This document shows positions 8,157-15,821 of a DNA stretch of 24,000 nucleotides, piece by piece; positions within the stretch are counted from its first letter, which is position 1, and every line of letters starts with the position of its first letter. This DNA is from Phycisphaerae bacterium (GTDB lineage Bacteria; Planctomycetota; Phycisphaerae; Tepidisphaerales; Tepidisphaeraceae), in assembly GCA_031377185.1 (NCBI GenBank), contig JANMES010000070.1:1-24000 (forward strand), in the 5' to 3' direction. The notes beneath the pieces are model-generated. The model ran no database searches. It was not told the DNA's origin and worked only from the letters and a program-made list of their open reading frames with translations. The translations under genes were made by a program, and so were the position numbers.

Positions 8157-9424
8157 GTTCGATCCAGCAGTTCGGCCACCGCATGAAACGCCTTCGCCAG
8201 CGTGGCGGGCGGAGTGGAATAACTGTGCGTTCGCATCGTCGCAATGCACGGGTGCATGAACTTGCCCATCAGCCGGTCCATGGCTTGGACGATTTCCTTC
8301 TTCTCGTCTTCCGGCAGGTCCGGGCAGCGGCGGAAAAGCCGCTGGATTTCGGCGTCGCGCAACTCGCGGGCGTCGCTGTACACCTGGGCGATCATGGGGT
8401 TGATCTTGGTCTGGCAAAGCCACTTCTCGAAGTCGCTGACTTCCTCATCCAGAATCTTTTCGCAGGCTTCCAGTTGCCCCTGGCGGTGCTGGTTGTTTTC
8501 AGCCACGATCCGGCCGAGGGCATCCATGTCGTAAACGTATACCTGCTCAAGCTGTCCGACGGTTGCTTCAACGTTGCGCGGGACCGCCAGATCGATCAGG
8601 AACAACATCCTGCCGCGGCGGCGCTTCTGGATTTCACGCACACGATCGACCGTCAGGATCGGCTTCGGGCAACTCGTCGCCATGATCGCAATGTCGGCCG
8701 ACGCGAATTGTTCGTCGAGCTGGTCGAATGGGACTGCCGTCCCTTCGCAGGCTTCGGCAATCGCCCTGGCGTTGGCGAGGGTGCGGCTGGTGACGACGAA
8801 TCGTGTCGCGTTGGCTTGCCGTAAGTACTGGCAGACCAGCTGCGCCATATCGCCGGCACCGACCACCAAGGTTTGCTTGTTGGAAAAGTCGGAAAAAATC
8901 TGTTTCGCCACGTCCACTGCTACGGAAGGCACGGAGGTTTTGCCTTCGCTGATGCTTGTCTCGCTGCGAAGACGCTTGCCGACCTCGAACGCGGTGTGGA
9001 AAAGACGGTTCAGCACCCGGCCGGTGGTGCCCTGCTCGCTGGCGATCGAATAGGCCTGCTTGACCTGATTGACGATCTGGCTTTCACCCAGCACCATCGA
9101 ATCCATCCCGCCGGCCACGCGGAAGAAATGGCGAGTCGCCTGTTCGTCGCTCAACTGATAGAGGTAGTTCCGGAACTCCTGTGCCGGCAAGTCTTTAGCT
9201 TCCGCCAGAAAGCTCACGATGTCATTCGGACCAGGCTTCTCGGCGTCGCAGGCGATCAGAACTTCCACCCGATTACAGGTACTGATAATCGCCGCCTCAA
9301 TATTGGGAAACTTGTTTCTCAACAAAAGGAGAGCCGTCGATGCCCCTTCGCGGCTAAATGCAAGCTGCTCACGCAGTTCCACGGGGGCGGTACGGTGATT
9401 TAGGCCGATAAGGTGGATACTCAT
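8153..9424 (-). CDS. hemA: Glutamyl-tRNA reductase
   Basis: The N-terminus LIGLNHRTAPVELREQLAF, the active-site region STCNRVE, and the NADPH Rossmann motif LVVGAGDMA are all present. Confidence 0.95.
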   Translation of the reverse strand: MSIHLIGLNHRTAPVELREQLAFSREGASTALLLLRNKFPNIEAAIISTCNRVEVLIACDAEKPGPNDIVSFLAEAKDLPAQEFRNYLYQLSDEQATRHFFRVAGGMDSMVLGESQIVNQVKQAYSIASEQGTTGRVLNRLFHTAFEVGKRLRSETSISEGKTSVPSVAVDVAKQIFSDFSNKQTLVVGAGDMAQLVCQYLRQANATRFVVTSRTLANARAIAEACEGTAVPFDQLDEQFASADIAIMATSCPKPILTVDRVREIQKRRRGRMLFLIDLAVPRNVEATVGQLEQVYVYDMDALGRIVAENNQHRQGQLEACEKILDEEVSDFEKWLCQTKINPMIAQVYSDARELRDAEIQRLFRRCPDLPEDEKKEIVQAMDRLMGKFMHPCIATMRTHSYSTPPATLAKAFHAVAELLDRT

Positions 9425-9543
9425 GACTCTGTCCTTCCACGGCGGTCTGCCTTACCACGGGCGATCCAAAGCCAAATGACATAACCCCATAGCAATGCAA
9501 GACCTATGGCGTATGCGAGTCGGAGGTAATCCAGAGCTAACAT
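9421..9543 (-). CDS. ccmD: Small single-TM protein, probable haem exporter protein CcmD (40 aa; below the ORF-track cutoff)
   Basis: Hand translation of the minus strand gives MLALDYLRLAYAIGLALLWGYVIWLWIARGKADRRGRTES. This is one hydrophobic helix plus a basic tail, in the canonical position after ccmC. The ATG lies inside the ccmC stop region (ATGTTAG), and its TGA overlaps the hemA ATG (TCATGA). Confidence 0.55.
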   Translation of the reverse strand: MLALDYLRLAYAIGLALLWGYVIWLWIARGKADRRGRTES

Positions 9544-10229
9544 GACGCGAATCCTCCGACGGTGGCTACTGTCGCACGAGTCTCTGAACTGTTATGCAAA
9601 CCGCGTTCCACGCGATTGAGACCATATTTCGTCGCAATCAGCCCCGCCGTGAACGCCGTTACCGCAATGAAGAACAAGATCAGAGTGGCCTTCATCTCGG
9701 GAGCCAATTCAATATGGGAAGGATGGATGTCGGGCATCAGGCGAACTGACAGGTAGACCAGCGGGACATCCAGGAAGGCGATCACCGCGTACACGGCGCA
9801 AATCAGCGCCCGTCGTTCCGACGACTCGATCGAACTGCGAATGATCAGGTAGACCGTATACAGCAGCCAAAGCACCAGGCTGAACGTCAGCCGTGGGCTC
9901 CAGGTCCACCATTGGCCCCAGGCGCATTTGCCCCATATCATTCCGGTCAGCAGGACGATCGTGCAAAGCTGCACCGACACCCGCGCCCCCGCCGCTGCCA
10001 GGTCGTCCCACCAGGTTTTGCGAGTTGCGAGATAGCCGATGCTGGCGACGAACGCCACGAGGCACGCGAGGAACGTATTGATCGCAACGGGCAGATGCAG
10101 GTAGAAGATCTTCTGGATCGGCCCCATCGTCTGCTCATCGGGCGTGTTGATAATGAGCCTCACCATCGCCGCCGTGAAAAGTCCGGCGGTGATCAGCCAG
10201 AAGCCTACATTGGATATTCGTTTCAGCAT
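9537..10229 (-). CDS. ccmC: Haem exporter / holo-CcmE synthetase subunit CcmC
   Basis: Contains the Trp-rich WWD-type motif WGKCAWGQWWTWSPRLT and the conserved periplasmic His context FYLHLP. It has six or more hydrophobic spans and sits in ccmABCD order. Confidence 0.9.
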   Translation of the reverse strand: MLKRISNVGFWLITAGLFTAAMVRLIINTPDEQTMGPIQKIFYLHLPVAINTFLACLVAFVASIGYLATRKTWWDDLAAAGARVSVQLCTIVLLTGMIWGKCAWGQWWTWSPRLTFSLVLWLLYTVYLIIRSSIESSERRALICAVYAVIAFLDVPLVYLSVRLMPDIHPSHIELAPEMKATLILFFIAVTAFTAGLIATKYGLNRVERGLHNSSETRATVATVGGFASC

Positions 10230-10238
10230 GGTTTGCTC

Positions 10239-10907
10239 CTACGGCTCCAGCACCCATTCAAACACCAGCCAGCTGACGACCAGGAAAATCGCATCAAACG
10301 CCACGAGGATGCCCAGCCCCAGCCCGCCGATCGGTTCGTGATCGCGGAAGAGGTGGATGAGCATCTGCGTCGACGAAATCACCAGCGGTAGCGTGATCGG
10401 GAAGATCATCATCGCCAGCAGCCCGCCCTGCAGTCGTGACGAGCTGGCCACCGCAGAAAACAGCGTGCCGACGGCGGCGAAGCCGACCATCGACAGCGCC
10501 ATCACCGCCGCGAATTGCCGCGGGGCGGCCGACAGATCGAATGAGAAGAACAGCACGCCGGCTGGGGTGACGACGATTGCGATCGCGAACATCAGCAGCA
10601 GGTTGCTGATCAGCTTGGCCGCATAGATCGCGCCGCGATCCATCGGGGCGATCATCAGCGCGGCTAACGCGCCGTCCTGCCGTTCGACGTTCATGGTTTT
10701 TTCAAAGCACAGCACGCCGCTGAACAGGTAAGCAACCCACAGCACCGCCGTCGCATCGAACGCCGCCGGTCGACCGCCCAGGCCAAGCCCGAGCACGACG
10801 ATAATCAGCACCGCCAGCACGATCACCAGTCCCAGCGTCTGTCGGCTGCGGGCTTCGATCCGCACGTCTTTCTGCACGAGGTGGAGGATTTGAGCGGTGG
10901 CGTTCAT
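10239..10907 (-). CDS. ccmB: Haem exporter membrane subunit CcmB
   Basis: 222-aa polytopic protein between ccmA and ccmC, with a CcmB-like N-terminus (KDVRIEARSRQ). ATGA overlap with the ccmA stop. Confidence 0.85.
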   Translation of the reverse strand: MNATAQILHLVQKDVRIEARSRQTLGLVIVLAVLIIVVLGLGLGGRPAAFDATAVLWVAYLFSGVLCFEKTMNVERQDGALAALMIAPMDRGAIYAAKLISNLLLMFAIAIVVTPAGVLFFSFDLSAAPRQFAAVMALSMVGFAAVGTLFSAVASSSRLQGGLLAMMIFPITLPLVISSTQMLIHLFRDHEPIGGLGLGILVAFDAIFLVVSWLVFEWVLEP

Positions 10908-11692
10908 GGCCCGTTGATCTCCGCCAGAACCAGTTCCGGATCGACGTTGTCCGTCGGGCGGTCGGATTCGACCTTGCCGTTGCTTAGCACGATGGCGCGC
11001 TTGGCGATTCGCAGGCTTTGCGGCACATCGTGGTTCACCATGATGATCGTCCGCCCGGCTGCGTTCATGCGGGTGAATAGTTTTTCCAACCCTTCAGACG
11101 ACCGTGCATCCAGCCCCGCGAACGGCTCGTCGGCCAACAGCAGATCGGGGTTGTGAACCAGCGCCCGCGCGATCGACACCCGCTGGGTCATCCCACGGCT
11201 GAAGGTTTTCACCGCGTCGTCGCCACGTTCTAGCAGGCCCACGGTGCGGAGAATGGCGTCGGTCTTGACCTTGACGTCGTCCACGCCGTACAGCTTGGCG
11301 AAAAACGCGATGTTCTGCCTGGCAGAAAGATCGCGGTAAAGCATGGATTGATGCCCGACGTACCCCACTCGCCTGCGGATCGCAGGGTCGGCGGTTCTGA
11401 GGGATTCGCCAAACAGTTCCACGTTCCCCTCGTCCGGCGTGATCATCCCGATCAGCAGCTTTAGAAGCGTGCTCTTTCCCGCGCCGTTGGAGCCCAGCAC
11501 GGCGAGAAACTCACCGGCGGCGATTTCAAGGCTGATGTCGCGCAGCACCGGGCGCTCATCGAGCCGCTTACCCACGTTGGTCAGTCGTACCGCGTTCAAT
11601 GGCTTGGCCCTGAAGGAGGCTCGCGTTGGAGAAAGAGTGGCGAACACGTTGCGCTCATGCTTTCTTGGGCTTAAGGAGGATGGCCGCACCAA
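10904..11692 (-). CDS. ccmA: Haem exporter ATP-binding subunit CcmA (ABC ATPase)
   Basis: Walker A GSNGAGKST, signature-like FSRGMTQR, Walker B LLLADEP. The start is uncertain: TTG 11692 overlaps orfX by 38 nt, and in-frame GTG 11647 lies 8 nt after the orfX stop. Confidence 0.85.
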   Translation of the reverse strand: MVRPSSLSPRKHERNVFATLSPTRASFRAKPLNAVRLTNVGKRLDERPVLRDISLEIAAGEFLAVLGSNGAGKSTLLKLLIGMITPDEGNVELFGESLRTADPAIRRRVGYVGHQSMLYRDLSARQNIAFFAKLYGVDDVKVKTDAILRTVGLLERGDDAVKTFSRGMTQRVSIARALVHNPDLLLADEPFAGLDARSSEGLEKLFTRMNAAGRTIIMVNHDVPQSLRIAKRAIVLSNGKVESDRPTDNVDPELVLAEINGP

Positions 11693-12893
11693 CGAACAGG
11701 ATGATCACGGCGCCCAGCCCGCCAACAATCTGCGGCGTCTTGTTGGCGCCGGGGATGTTGGCCGACGGAGCCGCCGCGAGTGCGGTCGGTTCGCCAGCGG
11801 CTTGCGCCTTCGGAACGTTGGGAAGGTTGCTGAGCACAACGCCCACCGCCGCGCCGGCCTTGATGTCCTGTCCTTTGAAGTACCGCGTAACGCTTCCGCG
11901 ATCGTTGGGCTTTGAGCCGAGCGATTCCAGCCCCTTGGCTTCAAGGGTCGAGCCGTCCTCGGGCACAAAAAGCATCATCTTGTCGATCCCGGCAGGCGGA
12001 TCGATCAGCAGATTGATCTTGCCCTCAACAGCAGGCACGCGATAGCGGAGTTGGATTGCCGTAGCTCCGGGCAACATCGGGTCGGAACTGACGATGCGGT
12101 CATTCACGATCGTCGCGCCGCCTGCCCGCAGGCCGGCCATCAGTTGCACGTCCGTGGCCCCTTTCGGCAGCGGCCAGGAGAGAGCTGCACGCTTGCCATC
12201 GGCACCGCTCGGTCCGAGGTACGCTCGGTCGGACGGGTTTTCGGTGTTCATCATCTCCATCACCACGGCACCGTCGCCAGCCGGGCTGACCATGACGTGA
12301 CGGACTTTCACCCGCCATTCCGGAGCGACGTCAGTCGTCTCATACACCGTAACGCCGATGCGCTGGCCGGTGCGTTGCATGTCCATCACCTCGCCTTGCG
12401 TGATAAAATCCACGCCATTGTGGGTTACTTTCACCAGCGGCTGGAACTCGACGAGGACCGGGATGTTCTCCACGGTGATTTTTCCATCGGCCTGCAGGCG
12501 CGAGGCGGTTTTGAAAACCACTTGCCCGTTGTGATACGCCTCGACGGTGACCGGATCGGCCCCGATCGCCGGCGCGCCGGCGGTGCCCTGTTGGGCTTCG
12601 ATGAAGAGTGTCGGCAGTTGCGGCTGAGTGGTCGGAACCGCGTTGGCGTTTTTGCCCATCCCTGGAATCTGCGGGTGCCCAGCCGGAAGTTTGCCGTCTT
12701 TGGCCTTTTGCATCAGATCTTTCAGATCAGGATGCCCACTCGGCAAAGCCGGAGCGTCCTGCTGCTGTTGTGCCTGTAATTGCGAAATGTCCGGATGACC
12801 CTTGGGCAACACCGGCGCGGTCGTCGGCGAAGCCGCCAACGCCAACGGCGAGACGCTCAACACATACACGATGGATTGAACCAGCTTGTTCAT
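11655..12893 (-). CDS. Uncharacterised periplasmic, C-terminally membrane-anchored protein embedded in the ccm operon; three LPxGHPx[IL] repeats plus beta-rich domains
   Basis: Signal peptide MNKLVQSIVYVLSVSPLALAA. Repeats are LPKGHPDI, LPSGHPDL and LPAGHPQI (aa 29-76). The central region is beta-strand-like. C-terminal TM is IVGGLGAVIILFVGAAILL followed by KPKKA. ATGA overlap with the ccmF stop. Confidence 0.8.
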   Translation of the reverse strand: MNKLVQSIVYVLSVSPLALAASPTTAPVLPKGHPDISQLQAQQQQDAPALPSGHPDLKDLMQKAKDGKLPAGHPQIPGMGKNANAVPTTQPQLPTLFIEAQQGTAGAPAIGADPVTVEAYHNGQVVFKTASRLQADGKITVENIPVLVEFQPLVKVTHNGVDFITQGEVMDMQRTGQRIGVTVYETTDVAPEWRVKVRHVMVSPAGDGAVVMEMMNTENPSDRAYLGPSGADGKRAALSWPLPKGATDVQLMAGLRAGGATIVNDRIVSSDPMLPGATAIQLRYRVPAVEGKINLLIDPPAGIDKMMLFVPEDGSTLEAKGLESLGSKPNDRGSVTRYFKGQDIKAGAAVGVVLSNLPNVPKAQAAGEPTALAAAPSANIPGANKTPQIVGGLGAVIILFVGAAILLKPKKA

Positions 12894-14950
12894 TGCCGCA
12901 CCTTCTGTTTCTTCGAGAGCTTGACGTGCTTCTTGTTCTGCTTGACTGCGGCCTGCGGCTTGGCGGTCGCCGGCGGTGGGGCAACGGCCTCAGTCATCGG
13001 AAGTGACTTGTGCGGCTCAAACCGCGGCAGCAGACAGAGGATTCCGCCGGCCGTCAGGACGATGCCGCCTACCCAGATCCAGCTCACCAGCGGATCGATG
13101 ATCGCCTGCACGGTGACGCGGGTTCCGTCCTGCTCCCAGCCGGCCAGCGTGAGATAGAGGTCTTCGCGCCAGGTCGATCGGATCGCGACCGAAGCGGACG
13201 ATTCCTCGGACTTGTCGTAGAACCGCCGCTGCGGGAGTAGCGTGCCCATCTCGCCAGCGGAGTTGGTGTAGGTCAGCACGGCCTGCACGGCGGAGAAGTT
13301 GACGTCGCGGACTTCCTCCAGCTTCACCAGCGCGAGGTCGTATTGCCCGATCCTGGCGGTTTGGCCGGGTTTGAGTTCGAAGTTCTGCTTTTCGCTGAAC
13401 TGACTCGACCCGACCACGCCGACGATGAACAGCAGGACGCCCACGTGCGTGATCTGCCCGCCGTAACGTCGGTGATTGCCGTCGAACAGGCGGAGGGTGG
13501 CTACCAGGAGATTCTCGTGGTGAGCGGACGAGCGAATCCACGCAGAGGCGATGAAATCGGCGGAAACGGTGAACGCGGCCGTGACGGAGATGAACGTTGC
13601 GGAGATCGCCCAGGCATTATGTATACCGCGGCCCCACACCACGCCCGCAGCTAGGACGCCGAGGATCGCCGGGATCGCCAGTTTGCGGCCGAGCAGATGG
13701 CCGGCGCTCTTGCCGTACCGCAGGAACGGCCCGGCCGCCATGATCGCCGCCAACACCAAGCTAACCGGACCGACGGTCGTGTTATAAAAACTTTGCGACA
13801 CACTGACCCCTTGAGGCATGAAAATGCCGCTGATCAGCGGGAAGATCGTCCCCACGAGCGTAATCCCGGTCATCGCGATCAGCAGCCACCCCGCTGCCAG
13901 AAACGCGCTCTCGCGGCCGACGAGGGATTCGATCTTCTGGTCGGTCGCCAGTGCTCGGCGTTTGCTGACAAGCAACAACACGCTAGAAATCACCAGCAAG
14001 CCGAGGAAGATCAGGAAAAACGTGCCGATCAGTGATTCGCCGAAACTGTGAACCGACTGCACCACGCCTGAGCGGGTCAGGTAAGTTCCGAAGATGCAGA
14101 GGATGAAGTTCACCGCGATCAGCGCGGCATTGAGGCCCTTAAACATGCCGCGTTGTTGCTGAACCATCACGGTGTGCAGCAGCGCCGTCGCGGTGAGCCA
14201 AGGAAGCAGCGAGGCGTTTTCAACCGGATCCCACGCCCAGTAGCCGCCCCACCCGAGTTCAACGTACGCCCACTGAGCGCCTAATAGAATGCCCACGCTC
14301 AGGAACAGCCAGGAAGCCACCGACCACCATCGCACGGCGCGCAGCCAACCGGCGTCGTCGCGGCCGGTTAGCAGCGCGCCGACCATCAGTGCGAACGGTA
14401 CGGCAAACCCGGCGTAGCCGAGAAACAGCATCGGCGGATGGGCAATCATGCCCGGATCCTGCAACATCGGATTCATCCCGTGCCCGTCGGCGGCCACCAC
14501 TGCGGCAAGCTTGAACGGGTTGGCGGCGAACAGGATCAACGCAGCGAAAAAGCCGCAAATCACCGCGAGCACGGCGGTTGTAAACGCCCGTTCGCGTGCG
14601 TCGGCCCGGTGCAGAAATACCGCAATCACCGAGAGAACCGCCAGAAACCATGCCCACAGCAGCAAGCTGCCTTCCTGTCCCGCCCAAAATGCGGCGAGCT
14701 TGTAACCGAATGGCAGTGCCTTCTCCGTGTAGTGGGTGACGTATTCCAGGCGGAAATCTGAATTAACCTCCGCGATCATCAACATCGCCGACGAGGCCGT
14801 AATAAGGCCTGCGAACAGAAACAAGCCTCGGTTGGCTAACGCCAGCAGATGTGCGTCACGCTTCTGGGCCGACGCAACGGAGAGCAGCAGCGCCATCGCA
14901 CTGACGAGAACTGCGGCACACAGACTATAGTTGCCGATTAAGATGGTCAT
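12890..14950 (-). CDS. ccmF: Cytochrome c haem lyase subunit CcmF
   Basis: 686-aa polytopic protein with the canonical WWD motif WGGYWAWDPVENASLLPWL. ATGA overlap with the ccmE stop. Confidence 0.95.
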   Translation of the reverse strand: MTILIGNYSLCAAVLVSAMALLLSVASAQKRDAHLLALANRGLFLFAGLITASSAMLMIAEVNSDFRLEYVTHYTEKALPFGYKLAAFWAGQEGSLLLWAWFLAVLSVIAVFLHRADARERAFTTAVLAVICGFFAALILFAANPFKLAAVVAADGHGMNPMLQDPGMIAHPPMLFLGYAGFAVPFALMVGALLTGRDDAGWLRAVRWWSVASWLFLSVGILLGAQWAYVELGWGGYWAWDPVENASLLPWLTATALLHTVMVQQQRGMFKGLNAALIAVNFILCIFGTYLTRSGVVQSVHSFGESLIGTFFLIFLGLLVISSVLLLVSKRRALATDQKIESLVGRESAFLAAGWLLIAMTGITLVGTIFPLISGIFMPQGVSVSQSFYNTTVGPVSLVLAAIMAAGPFLRYGKSAGHLLGRKLAIPAILGVLAAGVVWGRGIHNAWAISATFISVTAAFTVSADFIASAWIRSSAHHENLLVATLRLFDGNHRRYGGQITHVGVLLFIVGVVGSSQFSEKQNFELKPGQTARIGQYDLALVKLEEVRDVNFSAVQAVLTYTNSAGEMGTLLPQRRFYDKSEESSASVAIRSTWREDLYLTLAGWEQDGTRVTVQAIIDPLVSWIWVGGIVLTAGGILCLLPRFEPHKSLPMTEAVAPPPATAKPQAAVKQNKKHVKLSKKQKVRQ

Positions 14951-15369
14951 GGTTGGGCCTCGGCTCCGGTCTTCTTGGGATGGCCGGTCGGTTCATATTT
15001 GCTGGCGCACTTGGTCATCAGCACATCGGCGTGGAAGACATGGTCTGCGCCCATTTGGCCTTCGACGACGATTTCATGGTCGGCGCGGAACATGTCCGGA
15101 ATCACACCGCAGTAAACGACGTGCAACTGCTCCTTCGTGCCCTTCATATTGAAATCGGCGACAAGCCCGGCACGGTCGATGATCAGGTTCCCCGCGGCCA
15201 CCTTCCCGTTCAGGCGAACGCGGCGGGATTGGTAGGAGGGATCATTCACGTACTGATCCAGGGGCAGGAAATAGACCCAACCCTTCTTCACCCCCGCGAT
15301 GGCGAGGTAACTGATGGCCGCCACCAGGACGAAGGCTCCAAACGACAGTTTTAGCTTCATCGAGTTCAT
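14947..15369 (-). CDS. ccmE: Haem chaperone CcmE, variant with Cys replacing the haem-binding His (CXXXY)
   Basis: N-terminal membrane anchor followed by an OB-fold-like body (VRLNGKVAAG, HVVYCGVIPDMFRADHEIVVEG). The C-terminal motif is LMTKCASKYEP where canonical CcmE has HxxxY. Confidence 0.9.
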   Translation of the reverse strand: MNSMKLKLSFGAFVLVAAISYLAIAGVKKGWVYFLPLDQYVNDPSYQSRRVRLNGKVAAGNLIIDRAGLVADFNMKGTKEQLHVVYCGVIPDMFRADHEIVVEGQMGADHVFHADVLMTKCASKYEPTGHPKKTGAEAQP

Positions 15370-15398
15370 AGCGAATCCCGGTTATCCGCAGAACACAG

Positions 15399-15414
15399 AA
15401 CAAACCCGGTGCCA
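15399..15414 (-). promoter_or_regulatory. Near-consensus sigma-54 (-24/-12) promoter facing the ccmE operon
   Basis: The minus strand reads TGGCAC-cgggt-TTGTT about 29 nt upstream of the ccmE ATG. The -24 element is perfect, but the -12 element has T instead of the conserved C (TTGT vs TTGC). Confidence 0.35.
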
Positions 15415-15715
15415 CACGGAATGGGCACTGGAATTGGAGCTTTTTCCTCAATAATCGCCCCTTTTGGAGCAAAATTGGGCTTCCTGGCGAGCGGTGGATA
15501 GGTGGAAAAGATCGCGAAAGTCTCAACATTGAGAATACGAAGGGGGAGGGAATCCCGCCTGCGTCAGAGAATCAGTCTCAATACGCATAAGTCTTTGTCT
15601 TCGCGGGATCGGGAAGGGAGTCTTGCTCGGGTTTCCCACTTTTGGAACGCGGGGGGAAAACTGCCTTCACAAGTGCGTTTTTGACGTGATTATCCGCCTC
15701 CAGAATTCTATCGAC

Positions 15716-15731
15716 TGGCACCGGCGTTGCT
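15716..15731 (+). promoter_or_regulatory. Consensus sigma-54 (-24/-12) promoter upstream of the cytochrome/NHL/barrel cluster
   Basis: The plus strand reads TGGCAC-cggcg-TTGCT, an exact match to TGGCAC-N5-TTGCW. It lies about 90 nt upstream of the ATG at 15822. Confidence 0.65.
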
Positions 15732-15821
15732 TCGCACCTGTTGTCCTCCTATGGAACGGACGGACGTGGCCGGGCAGCGGAGTCCCAATGTAAACCCCGC
15801 GATCTTTTTCGGAGATCTTTT

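Noticed and set aside
8157-8423. N-terminal extension of the cbiX ORF (the 223-aa version in the track)
   Set aside because: The extension overlaps the 3' end of hemA in another frame and is Pro/Arg/Gly-rich. The CbiX homology starts at MRRNKPAILIVDHGSR, and ATG 8156 forms an ATGA junction with the hemA stop.
15422-15439. Plus-strand GGGCAC-tggaa-TTGGA, a sigma-54-like sequence
   Set aside because: It mismatches both the -24 and -12 elements. It lies about 385 nt from the nearest plus-strand gene, and a perfect site exists at 15716-15731.
15502-15684. 60-aa ORF in the divergent intergenic region
   Set aside because: It has no RBS, an Arg/Ser-rich composition, and overlaps the putative enhancer and promoter region. 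It is more likely non-coding regulatory DNA.
15681-15708. TTGACG followed 17 nt later by AATTCT, a possible sigma-70 promoter for the cytochrome cluster
   Set aside because: The -10 hexamer is poor. The adjacent exact sigma-54 consensus is the better-supported promoter. A weak secondary sigma-70 promoter cannot be excluded.
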